Part shown: one piece after another, positions 18,484 to 26,319 of the stretch
Position numbering within the stretch: position 1 is the stretch's first letter
Layout: every line of letters begins with the position of its first letter
NCBI GenBank assembly: GCA_965217585.1
Contig: OZ244561.1
Location: 6,432,001-6,496,000, forward strand
Direction of reading: 5' to 3'
Origin: Candidatus Latescibacterota bacterium
Lineage (GTDB): Bacteria > Latescibacterota > UBA2968 > UBA8231
DNA: 64,000 nt
Program-made: the position numbers and the translations under genes
The notes under the pieces: model-generated
What the model was told of the DNA's origin: nothing
The model's input: only the letters and a program-made list of their open reading frames with translations
Databases searched by the model: none

Positions 18484-19497
18484 ATGCACAAGATACTAAA
18501 ACAAGCCCTCCAGTATGGGCTAAGCCTAGGCTTGATGGGGCTTTTTATCTATTGGGCCTTTGAGGGAATAAACCGAGGGGAACTCTGGGCTGCCATGACT
18601 GGCATTTCGCCAGCTTGGGCCGCTATCATGTGCGTCGTAACGCTGGGGACCTTGGTATTGCGAGCTTGGCGCTGGCAAGTCCTCATGCGGCCCTTTGCGC
18701 CGCAAGTGAGCAACCTCAATGCGTCGCTCGCCTTGGCTATATGCTATGCGGCCAATGTGGTGGTGCCGCGTTCGGGCGAGGTTATGCGGTGCGTCAGCCT
18801 CAAGTGGACCGCTGGGGCGAGCATCAGCGCTTTGATGGCTACGATAGTGGTGGAGCGCATTCTCGATCTGTTCTGGCTCATCGTCTTGTTCTGGCTCATC
18901 GTCTATGTAGATATTGCCCTGCCCGTGCTTTGGATGCCGGTCGGTGCAGATCGAGACACCATCGGTCTGTTGGCCCTAGCCGGCTGCTTGGTCGCGCTGA
19001 GTGCCTTGGTCTTGGTATCGGTTTATCGAGAAAAAATTTTAGCTGGAATGCGCTCGCTGCTCGCGCGGCTCGGTTGGGGACGCGGCGAGCGAGCTCTCAA
19101 AATCCTCGAGACCTTCATCGGCGGGCTTTCCGCCCTGCGGCAACAGCCGACGGCGTACTTCGAAATCCTCGTCAGCTCGATCCTGCTCAACGCGGCCTAC
19201 GTGTTCATTATCTACGCGGCTTTTATCGGCATGGATTTAGACCAAACATACGACCTCGACGCAGCAGCGGCGCTGGTAATCATGGCCATATCGTCCATAG
19301 GAGTGATCATTCCGACGCCCGGGGCGATCGGCTCGTATCACCTCTTCTTCAGCGAGGCCCTGCACCGCCTCTACACCGTACCCCTCCCCACCGCTTTGGC
19401 CTGCGCCACCTTGACCCATGCTTTGGCGAACCTGACCTACGTCCTCCTCGGCGGCCCGACGCTGCTGTGGCAGTGGCATCGGAGCCGGCAGAGGTAG
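18484..19497 (+). CDS. Lysylphosphatidylglycerol synthase TM / flippase-like protein
   Basis: RAWRW, NVVVPRSGEVMR, ERILD, PTPGAIG. Confidence 0.85.
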   Translation: MHKILKQALQYGLSLGLMGLFIYWAFEGINRGELWAAMTGISPAWAAIMCVVTLGTLVLRAWRWQVLMRPFAPQVSNLNASLALAICYAANVVVPRSGEVMRCVSLKWTAGASISALMATIVVERILDLFWLIVLFWLIVYVDIALPVLWMPVGADRDTIGLLALAGCLVALSALVLVSVYREKILAGMRSLLARLGWGRGERALKILETFIGGLSALRQQPTAYFEILVSSILLNAAYVFIIYAAFIGMDLDQTYDLDAAAALVIMAISSIGVIIPTPGAIGSYHLFFSEALHRLYTVPLPTALACATLTHALANLTYVLLGGPTLLWQWHRSRQR

Positions 19498-19498
19498 T

Positions 19499-20341
19499 TC
19501 AGAAGATCCAAACGATTAGGATCGATCCACCCACGTAGCCGAAGGCCTCTATCAGCCCGGCCCCCACATTCGGCTGCTCCTCGATCTGTTCGGCACCCAA
19601 GCGCACACCGGGCGCCAAGAGCACATCGGTCAACTTGTGGATGGCGTAGAGCGCGACAAAACCAAAGACCACGTCCATGCCAAAAATTTTGAGGCTTTCG
19701 ATCCACCCTGTGTAGTCGCCAGCCACGGCGATGCTGACGATATTGCCCATGCCCACCAGCACACCGCCGAACGCCAAGCCGACCGCGGCATTGTCGCGCT
19801 CTAGTTCGCGGTGCACCGAATGTGGGGTAATCCACTCGTAGAGCAGTCCGGCCACCACCAACACCACTTGCGCCAAGAGCCAGAAAGCCACGCCGCTCCA
19901 CAGCGGCCCCTCGCCCTGCACGATAGCCAGGACAATCAGGCCATTGGCAATGTGCATCCCCGCCTCGACAAAGGCCGTCCCCACATTCTGATCCTCGACG
20001 ACCTCCTTGCGGTTGTCAAAGTGGGGTAGGAGCACCCGTTCGCAGAGCACGCCGGCGACGAGCATCAAGACAATCGCCAAGAGGCCGTACTGGGCAATGC
20101 CAATTAGGTCGGCTTGCCAGCCGAGCGAAGGGCCACTCAATGCCCCCCCCAGCGCCAGACAAATCCCAAAGCAATAACCGCCCACCGCAACGGCCATCGC
20201 GTGGTTGTTGCGGCCGTAGAGTTCGTCCTTGAGATTGACCCGGCGAAAAACCCGGGCATAGACCTGCTTGGCGACAAAGAGCAGGACGAAAGCCTCTAAG
20301 AGATAGACTAAGGTCTGGGCCATCTGCACTATATTGTCCAC
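19499..20341 (-). CDS. DUF350 (YjfL-like) membrane protein with tandem domains
   Basis: Repeated L..E+...N.AVG motifs; GTG start at 20341 with a GGGGG RBS. Confidence 0.85.
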   Translation of the reverse strand: MDNIVQMAQTLVYLLEAFVLLFVAKQVYARVFRRVNLKDELYGRNNHAMAVAVGGYCFGICLALGGALSGPSLGWQADLIGIAQYGLLAIVLMLVAGVLCERVLLPHFDNRKEVVEDQNVGTAFVEAGMHIANGLIVLAIVQGEGPLWSGVAFWLLAQVVLVVAGLLYEWITPHSVHRELERDNAAVGLAFGGVLVGMGNIVSIAVAGDYTGWIESLKIFGMDVVFGFVALYAIHKLTDVLLAPGVRLGAEQIEEQPNVGAGLIEAFGYVGGSILIVWIF

Positions 20342-20351
20342 TGCGTTCCCC

Positions 20352-21062
20352 CTATTTTCCGAAGCGCGAGGCGCCGCGTCCCCACCCGGACGTGGTGCGC
20401 CCCATGCGGTTTTTGGCCTGATTACTAAAGGCCTGACGGCGGCTTTGCTGACGCTGGTAGAATTGCGGTCGCGTCTTTTGGGTTTGCGAGCCGCGCGACC
20501 CAAAAGTGGGACGCCCGCCTTGCACCGGCCCGTAGTGCGGGCGACCCCGTTCTCGATTGCGGCGGTAGTCCTCCCAATCGCCGCGCCCGACCCGCCAGCC
20601 CCCCCCCATTAAGTCGCGCATCAGCGCGTACTGGCCGTAGAATTGCCAGAAGCCACCGCCTCCCCAAAATCCGTACTGGGAATTGCCGACGTATTGGTAG
20701 CCGGGTGGGTGCGCTTGATTGGTGCCCGTGCGACGGCCGTCTAGCGACTTGGAGGCCACGACCATGCCGACGTAGTTCTCATAGCGGTAGAAGGTCTTTT
20801 CGCCGACTTCCATCCAATCGGTGCGGCGCTCCTGATAGACCATGGTATCGCGCCCGGCGACGCGCTGTCCCGCAGCGGTCAACACCTGAAAGCGGAGGGC
20901 GTAATCGGGGAAAAACGAGTGATCTTCGATGCGGGTATCATCGACGATCAGAGAGTATTCGGGATAGCGATCAAGGTCGCGCACCAGCTCCTTCACCGGG
21001 TCTTTGGAACCCCCACAGGCCGCGAGTGCGAATAGGGATAGTGAGGCCATAAGCCGAAACAT
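20352..21062 (-). CDS. Conserved hypothetical lipoprotein with Gly/Arg-rich tail (PspA-operon associated)
   Basis: Lipobox LAACG; PPGYQYVGN..YG.W...FWQFYGQYALM. Confidence 0.75.
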   Translation of the reverse strand: MFRLMASLSLFALAACGGSKDPVKELVRDLDRYPEYSLIVDDTRIEDHSFFPDYALRFQVLTAAGQRVAGRDTMVYQERRTDWMEVGEKTFYRYENYVGMVVASKSLDGRRTGTNQAHPPGYQYVGNSQYGFWGGGGFWQFYGQYALMRDLMGGGWRVGRGDWEDYRRNRERGRPHYGPVQGGRPTFGSRGSQTQKTRPQFYQRQQSRRQAFSNQAKNRMGRTTSGWGRGASRFGK

Positions 21063-21063
21063 T

Positions 21064-21612
21064 TTAGGCTCCCTCCTCCACCGGCAGGATGTCGGTGAAT
21101 TGGTATTCCTCTACCTCCAAGCCCGCGTACGCGGCAAATTCGCGCTCGCCCCATTGGCTGATGAAAAGCACCTTGCCTTCTGCTGCTTCGAACGACCAAT
21201 TGACAAATTCGCGCTCCGCATCGGTGCCGTCTTTGCGGTACAGGCCCGCTTCGCTCGTGCTCCCCGCGTATTCATCGCCCGCAAACTGCACGACTTCAGG
21301 CGGGTCGCCGTCGGCGATAATCGCCGCCGCAATATCACCGTCGATCTCGTCGATGCCAATAGCCCGCGTCAAGGTCCAATAGGCTTGGCCATCCTCGACC
21401 GCGCGCTCGAGAAAATTCACCTCTTCATCGGCTCGCAACTCCCACTCCTCGGTCGCATAGCCGTCGTAATCATGGGTCCCATAGCCCGTGACTTGCCAGG
21501 TTTTGAGGTCGTAATCGACCAGAAAGCCCACCTTCATGGTACTGAGCGAGTACTCTTGATAGGTCGGTTCTTCCTCGTCTCGGCGGCCACCGAACCACTT
21601 TTTAAACCCCAT
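21064..21612 (-). CDS. DUF4178 domain protein
   Basis: DYDLKTWQV, EWEL, LFISQWGE; typical neighbourhood. Confidence 0.75.
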   Translation of the reverse strand: MGFKKWFGGRRDEEEPTYQEYSLSTMKVGFLVDYDLKTWQVTGYGTHDYDGYATEEWELRADEEVNFLERAVEDGQAYWTLTRAIGIDEIDGDIAAAIIADGDPPEVVQFAGDEYAGSTSEAGLYRKDGTDAEREFVNWSFEAAEGKVLFISQWGEREFAAYAGLEVEEYQFTDILPVEEGA

Positions 21613-21624
21613 TTCGTCTTCCTT

Positions 21625-23145
21625 TCAAAACTGAGTACCCCAACCCCGTCGATAATAACGCGCCAGCACCGGCCTATCAAGTCGGTTGGCCTGCACGGGC
21701 AAGCGGGCCATATCGCCGTCGAAGACCGCGAGGGCACCCCAGACTTGTTGGTCAATATAGCGCGTGGGGACCGCGAAGGCGACGGCCGTCGGATCCAGCC
21801 CAGCGGATCCAGCCAAGTGGAACCCCCACTCCCCAAACGAGGGCACGTGCAAGTGATAGGAGTGGACGGCAAAGCCCGCTTCCTCCAGGGCGGCGGCAAT
21901 GCTCCAGTACGCCTCGCGGACGTGGTACGGGCTGGAAGCCTGGGTCGCCAAGACGCCTTGTGGGCTGAGCAACTTGCGGCACAGCCGATAGGCTTCGACC
22001 GAATAGAGCTTGGCCAAGCTCTCCTCACGGGGGTCGGGTAGGTCGATTAGTATCGCGCCATACGGCACGTGCTCGCGCTGCAAAAAGACAAAGCCATCTT
22101 CGTTGACCACGCTCACTTGGCGACGGTTCAAGGCGTTGTCGTTGAGTCGGGTCAGGTAGATGTTGCGCTGGGCCAACTGGGTCACTGCTGGGTCAAGATC
22201 GACTAAATCGACGTGCTCGACCTCTGCGTATTTGAGCACTTCCCGCGCCGTCAGGCCGTCCCCTCCTCCGATGATGAGCACCCTTTCTCGGGAGGGAGCC
22301 AGCGCCATAGCTGGATGGACTAGCGCCTCGTGGTAACGGTGCTCGTCAATGGAGGCGAATTGCAAATGCCCGTTGAGATAGAGCCGCAGGTATTCGTCGC
22401 GCTGGGTCAGGACGATTTGCTGGTAGGCCGATTGTTCGCTGTGGACGATGCGGTCTTCGTAGAGATCGCTTTCCCACCGCGCCCGCAGTTCCTCCCCCTG
22501 CCAAGCCAACGCCCCTAGCGCCGCAATAACCGCAAGCGCTTGCGCCCCTAGCGAGCGGAAAGCACGCTGCTCTAACAACGTCCCCTTAAACGCAAGCACC
22601 ACGCCGAGACCAAGAACCGCGTTGACCAAGCCGGCGACCAACGCCGTATGCAGGCTGCCGAGGAAGGGCAACAGGATGTACGGGAAGAGCAACGAGGCCA
22701 GTAAGGCCCCCAGATAATCGAGGGACAAAACATTAGATAACGCCGCGCGTAGCGTACCGTGACCGCGCAAAAGCCGAGTGATCAGCGGCACTTCCAAGCC
22801 GATCAACACGCCAATCGCCATGCTCAAAGCCAACATGCCGACCCTAAAGTGGTCGGTGTATCCGTAGAGCACGTAGAGCAGGCCCACCGAAATCCCACCC
22901 AAAAGCCCCAGCCAAATCTCTAGCTGGGCCAGCCGCGTCAACAGCAAGTGGTCGGCGACAAAGCGCGAAAGCCAAGAGCCAAGCCCCATCGCGGCGAGGA
23001 AAAAGCCGATCGTCAGGGAAAACTGCTCGACGCTATTGCCGAGGAAGTAGGACGACACGCTGCCGATGAGTAGCTGATAGACGATGGCACAGACTGCGGC
23101 CGAGAAAATGGCCACCAGCAACAGCAGCGGACCCAGCCTAGGCAT
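21625..23145 (-). CDS. speE: Membrane-fused polyamine aminopropyltransferase (spermidine synthase-like)
   Basis: 7-TM N-terminus; YHEALVHP, VLIIGGGDG, DLPDP; start MPRLG at 23145. Confidence 0.9.
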   Translation of the reverse strand: MPRLGPLLLLVAIFSAAVCAIVYQLLIGSVSSYFLGNSVEQFSLTIGFFLAAMGLGSWLSRFVADHLLLTRLAQLEIWLGLLGGISVGLLYVLYGYTDHFRVGMLALSMAIGVLIGLEVPLITRLLRGHGTLRAALSNVLSLDYLGALLASLLFPYILLPFLGSLHTALVAGLVNAVLGLGVVLAFKGTLLEQRAFRSLGAQALAVIAALGALAWQGEELRARWESDLYEDRIVHSEQSAYQQIVLTQRDEYLRLYLNGHLQFASIDEHRYHEALVHPAMALAPSRERVLIIGGGDGLTAREVLKYAEVEHVDLVDLDPAVTQLAQRNIYLTRLNDNALNRRQVSVVNEDGFVFLQREHVPYGAILIDLPDPREESLAKLYSVEAYRLCRKLLSPQGVLATQASSPYHVREAYWSIAAALEEAGFAVHSYHLHVPSFGEWGFHLAGSAGLDPTAVAFAVPTRYIDQQVWGALAVFDGDMARLPVQANRLDRPVLARYYRRGWGTQF

Positions 23146-24799
23146 CCTCAAGCCCTCCCAGTGAGGAGGAATACGCCACGCCGAGGCAGTCCATGGCCTG
23201 CTCCGCCGCCAGAATGCCGGAAAATATAGCTTCTCCGCACAGGGGCAGCCCAGTCGCATCGCACGAAGCAAAAAATATCCGCTCCATTGGCTGCTGCCGA
23301 CAATCGGCCGTCGGCCCCCACAGCGACCCAGGACTGGGCCGCATCATCCCGTGCCCCCAGCGATACAGATCGATGCGCTCTACGAGATCGTCTAGCTCTG
23401 GGTGGACGCGGCGCAGATCGGCCATGATCTGTGCGGTCCAGAATGAATGATCCTGCGCGAGCAAGGAGCGTCGGGCGTGCTCAAGTTCGTTGACAAAAGG
23501 CCAATAGTACAGCAACACGCGGCCTCCCTCTCCCTGCTGGTGGTCGGCGACCACGTAGCCCAACGACGGACTGTCGTACAAGACATTGTCCCAAGTCGTC
23601 TGCTGGGCAGCGAGCGGCTCTTTGAGAAAAATCGCCGCCACCAACCAAGGGCTATACTCTATGGCCGCCATAGCCTTAGCTTGTGCATCCGGCAGGCCCG
23701 CGATCGCGTAGGGAGCCGTGTGGAGCTTGCCGGCGTACACCACCGCCCGGGCGGTCAGTTGCCGTTTCTCCCCGGTGGCCAAATCGATGTATCCCAACCG
23801 CACCTGCGACCGCTCTTCGGCTAGACGAGCCACTAGAGCTTGTCGCTTTATCTCGTTCTTCCCCAACCTATTAGCGAGTTCCGCAACTAGGTGCCCATTG
23901 CCCTCGGGCCACGTCAGCGTGTGGGCTGGATACGCCTCCTCGATCCGGTAGTCGTAGAACCTACAGGCATAGTAGTGAATCCCGGCCCAAGCCGAGACTT
24001 GGGCTGCCGTGCTGCCGTAGTCGTCGCGGCAGGCGTAATCGACCAGCCAGCGGAGCCGCTCGTCGTGCCATCCCTCTTCGCGGAGGTACTGGGCCATACT
24101 GATCTGGTCCAAACGCCGCACCCGGACATCGGCCGTGCTGTAGCGCAAAGGCATGGCAAAGGCCCGGCGACCATCCCGGCCGCGATGCAAGGCCCAGCCG
24201 AGCATCGCGTCTTCAAAGCGCAATAACGCTTCGCGCTCCCGGCCCGATGCGTCGGCAAACGGGTCCAGCCCGGCGACCCAGCGACCCCGGTAGAAGAGCC
24301 GCTCGTGTGGCCAGCGCAGCATGGCCCCAGCGGCGACCATCGGCTTATTCGCTGCGTCGTAGCCGTCAATGACGCCGATATCTTGCAGTATTTCGTGGAT
24401 GCAGTCGGCTTCGGCAGGAGGGATGTTGATGTAGTGAGCACCCCAGGGAAATACCTGGTCGCCCCATTGGCCACTGCGACTGGTGCCCCCTAGCTGGTCT
24501 TCGAGGTCGAGGAGGACGATTCGCTCCACCCCCGACCGACGCAACTTCCACGCCGCAGCCAAGCCGGATATCCCACCGCCGACAATGGCGATATCACATG
24601 CGTGCTCAGCCGCGGCAAAGTCTGCCCAAGAATGCACATCGCGCAGCAGGTGCCCACGCGGCGGTCCCTCGTTGACGATCCGCCCGGGGATCGACCGCGG
24701 CGGGGCGGATGAGCAACCGCTCCAGGCGGCCCAGCCACCAGCGGCGGCGAGCGCGCCGAAAAATTGCCTGCGGCTAAGGGCCTTCATCCCATCAGCCAC
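23138..24799 (-). CDS. FAD-dependent amine oxidase family protein with Tat/lipoprotein signal
   Basis: SRRQF...GC signal; IVGGGISGLAAA, LGGTS, WGAHY, RWGHGM. Confidence 0.88.
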   Translation of the reverse strand: MADGMKALSRRQFFGALAAAGGWAAWSGCSSAPPRSIPGRIVNEGPPRGHLLRDVHSWADFAAAEHACDIAIVGGGISGLAAAWKLRRSGVERIVLLDLEDQLGGTSRSGQWGDQVFPWGAHYINIPPAEADCIHEILQDIGVIDGYDAANKPMVAAGAMLRWPHERLFYRGRWVAGLDPFADASGREREALLRFEDAMLGWALHRGRDGRRAFAMPLRYSTADVRVRRLDQISMAQYLREEGWHDERLRWLVDYACRDDYGSTAAQVSAWAGIHYYACRFYDYRIEEAYPAHTLTWPEGNGHLVAELANRLGKNEIKRQALVARLAEERSQVRLGYIDLATGEKRQLTARAVVYAGKLHTAPYAIAGLPDAQAKAMAAIEYSPWLVAAIFLKEPLAAQQTTWDNVLYDSPSLGYVVADHQQGEGGRVLLYYWPFVNELEHARRSLLAQDHSFWTAQIMADLRRVHPELDDLVERIDLYRWGHGMMRPSPGSLWGPTADCRQQPMERIFFASCDATGLPLCGEAIFSGILAAEQAMDCLGVAYSSSLGGLEDA

Positions 24800-24811
24800 G
24801 GGCGGCAGCCC

Positions 24812-25522
24812 TTATTTTGCCACCTTCATTCTGGCCTTGAGCTGGGCCAGCGAATCATCGACCTTGACTCCCTTGCTGTCGGCGAGGGCCTTGTCAATCT
24901 CGTCGTCAACGGCCGTCGCAGCGTCTCCCATATCGCCATAGGCTTCGGCGAGGGCTTCCTGCTCTTCGGCCTTTTCCTTCATCCGTTCGAGCAGGGCCGT
25001 GGTGCCCTTTGAGTCGATGTTAGCCAAGTGCTGGTTGATCTTGCGGGTGGCGTTGGCGGTTTTGGTGCGCGCCTTGAGGGTTACCAGATCGTTTTCGTAC
25101 GAGGCGATTTTCGACTTCAGGTCGTTGACATTGCTCTGTAGCTTGCTGGCCATCGCCTGTTGGGCTTGGGCCTGTTGGGAAGTTTCTGCGTGCCGACTCT
25201 GGGCCTCCTCGACTCGGGCCAGGGATTCGCGCGCCAGGCGATCGGCTTCGGCTTCCTCCATCTGGCCGGACTCGGCCTTTTGCAACAGCAGCATGGCCTT
25301 GCGCTCGTAATCTTCGGCGCGCCGCCGGTGGTCTTCGGACTCGCGGCTGAGCCTGATGGAGATCGCCTTGACCTCGGCGAGTGCCTTGAGGCTCTCCTGC
25401 AAGTCATTTTTTAAGTCGCGGACCGCTTGCTCACTCATCTTGATTGGATCTTCGAGCTTATCCACTAAGGAGTGGGCCTCGGCCTGCCCAGTTTTAAACA
25501 AGCGTTGAAATATACCTGCCAT
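24812..25522 (-). CDS. pspA: PspA/IM30 family protein
   Basis: GIFQRL...LEDPIKM.EQ; long coiled coil; ERMKEK..EQEA.AEA. Confidence 0.93.
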   Translation of the reverse strand: MAGIFQRLFKTGQAEAHSLVDKLEDPIKMSEQAVRDLKNDLQESLKALAEVKAISIRLSRESEDHRRRAEDYERKAMLLLQKAESGQMEEAEADRLARESLARVEEAQSRHAETSQQAQAQQAMASKLQSNVNDLKSKIASYENDLVTLKARTKTANATRKINQHLANIDSKGTTALLERMKEKAEEQEALAEAYGDMGDAATAVDDEIDKALADSKGVKVDDSLAQLKARMKVAK

Positions 25523-25525
25523 GTC

Positions 25526-25927
25526 TTATCCTCCCTCTTTGACGGCAAATCCCAGTAATTCCTCCCCATGCTCGACTAAGCCGAGACCGAGGGAGTTGAT
25601 CGTGCTTTCCAGTTCGTTTAAGTCCAAATTCTCCAGCGCCAGTGTATTGCGATAGAGCAGCGAATCGCCTCCCTCGTTGAGGACAAAGGCACCAAAAACC
25701 AAGTCTCGATTCATCTGCAAAATCCGCTTATACGTCTCGGCGGCTCCAGCAGCGACCTTGATGATAAGCTGCTCGATCACCAGCACCGTATCCTCGCAAT
25801 CAACGACTAGGTTTTGCACCCCTCGCTCCTCGTCGTTGACAATGATGATTTCCTCTTCGGGAATCTCTTCGGCGATGGCAAAGCCAAGCTCGAGGACGTA
25901 CTCCTTTACTGTGGCAAAATCAGCCAT
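25526..25927 (-). CDS. YbjN/CesT-like chaperone-fold protein
   Basis: LQMNRDLVFGAFVL...LENLDLNEL; directly upstream of pspA. Confidence 0.8.
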   Translation of the reverse strand: MADFATVKEYVLELGFAIAEEIPEEEIIIVNDEERGVQNLVVDCEDTVLVIEQLIIKVAAGAAETYKRILQMNRDLVFGAFVLNEGGDSLLYRNTLALENLDLNELESTINSLGLGLVEHGEELLGFAVKEGG

Positions 25928-25953
25928 AAGCTTCCTCCAATGCTAGTTTATAA

Positions 25954-26277
25954 TTAATGGGTCGTCAGGGACTTCTCCAGCTCTTTATAGGCGTGCGTCA
26001 ACTGGGCGCACAGCGCGTTGGCAACCTCGCGCTTGGCCGGCTCCTGTGCGTGGCGGTCGGGGTGGTACTGCTTCATCAACCGCTTCCACGCCGCCTTCAC
26101 CTCCTCCAGACTCGCCCCATAGGGGAGCTCCAGATTGGCGTAATACCCAGCGAGGACCGGGTCTTCGGCAGGTGCGGGGGCCGTCGCCGGGGGCCGCCAG
26201 TGCCCGTAGGCATCGCTCGGCCGACTGGCCGCAGTATGCGCCCGCACGACGCGGAATATGCGCGCAAACAAGTCCAT
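25954..26277 (-). CDS. J-domain (DnaJ-like) protein
   Basis: YYANLEL...VKAAWKRLMKQYHPD...AYKEL. Confidence 0.9.
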   Translation of the reverse strand: MDLFARIFRVVRAHTAASRPSDAYGHWRPPATAPAPAEDPVLAGYYANLELPYGASLEEVKAAWKRLMKQYHPDRHAQEPAKREVANALCAQLTHAYKELEKSLTTH

Positions 26278-26319
26278 AAATGGCGAAAATACAAGGGCTA
26301 GTGGACCTTGTCCACCCCC

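Noticed and set aside
21004-22041. 345-aa plus-strand ORF
   Set aside because: Antisense shadow of the DUF4178 and spermidine synthase genes
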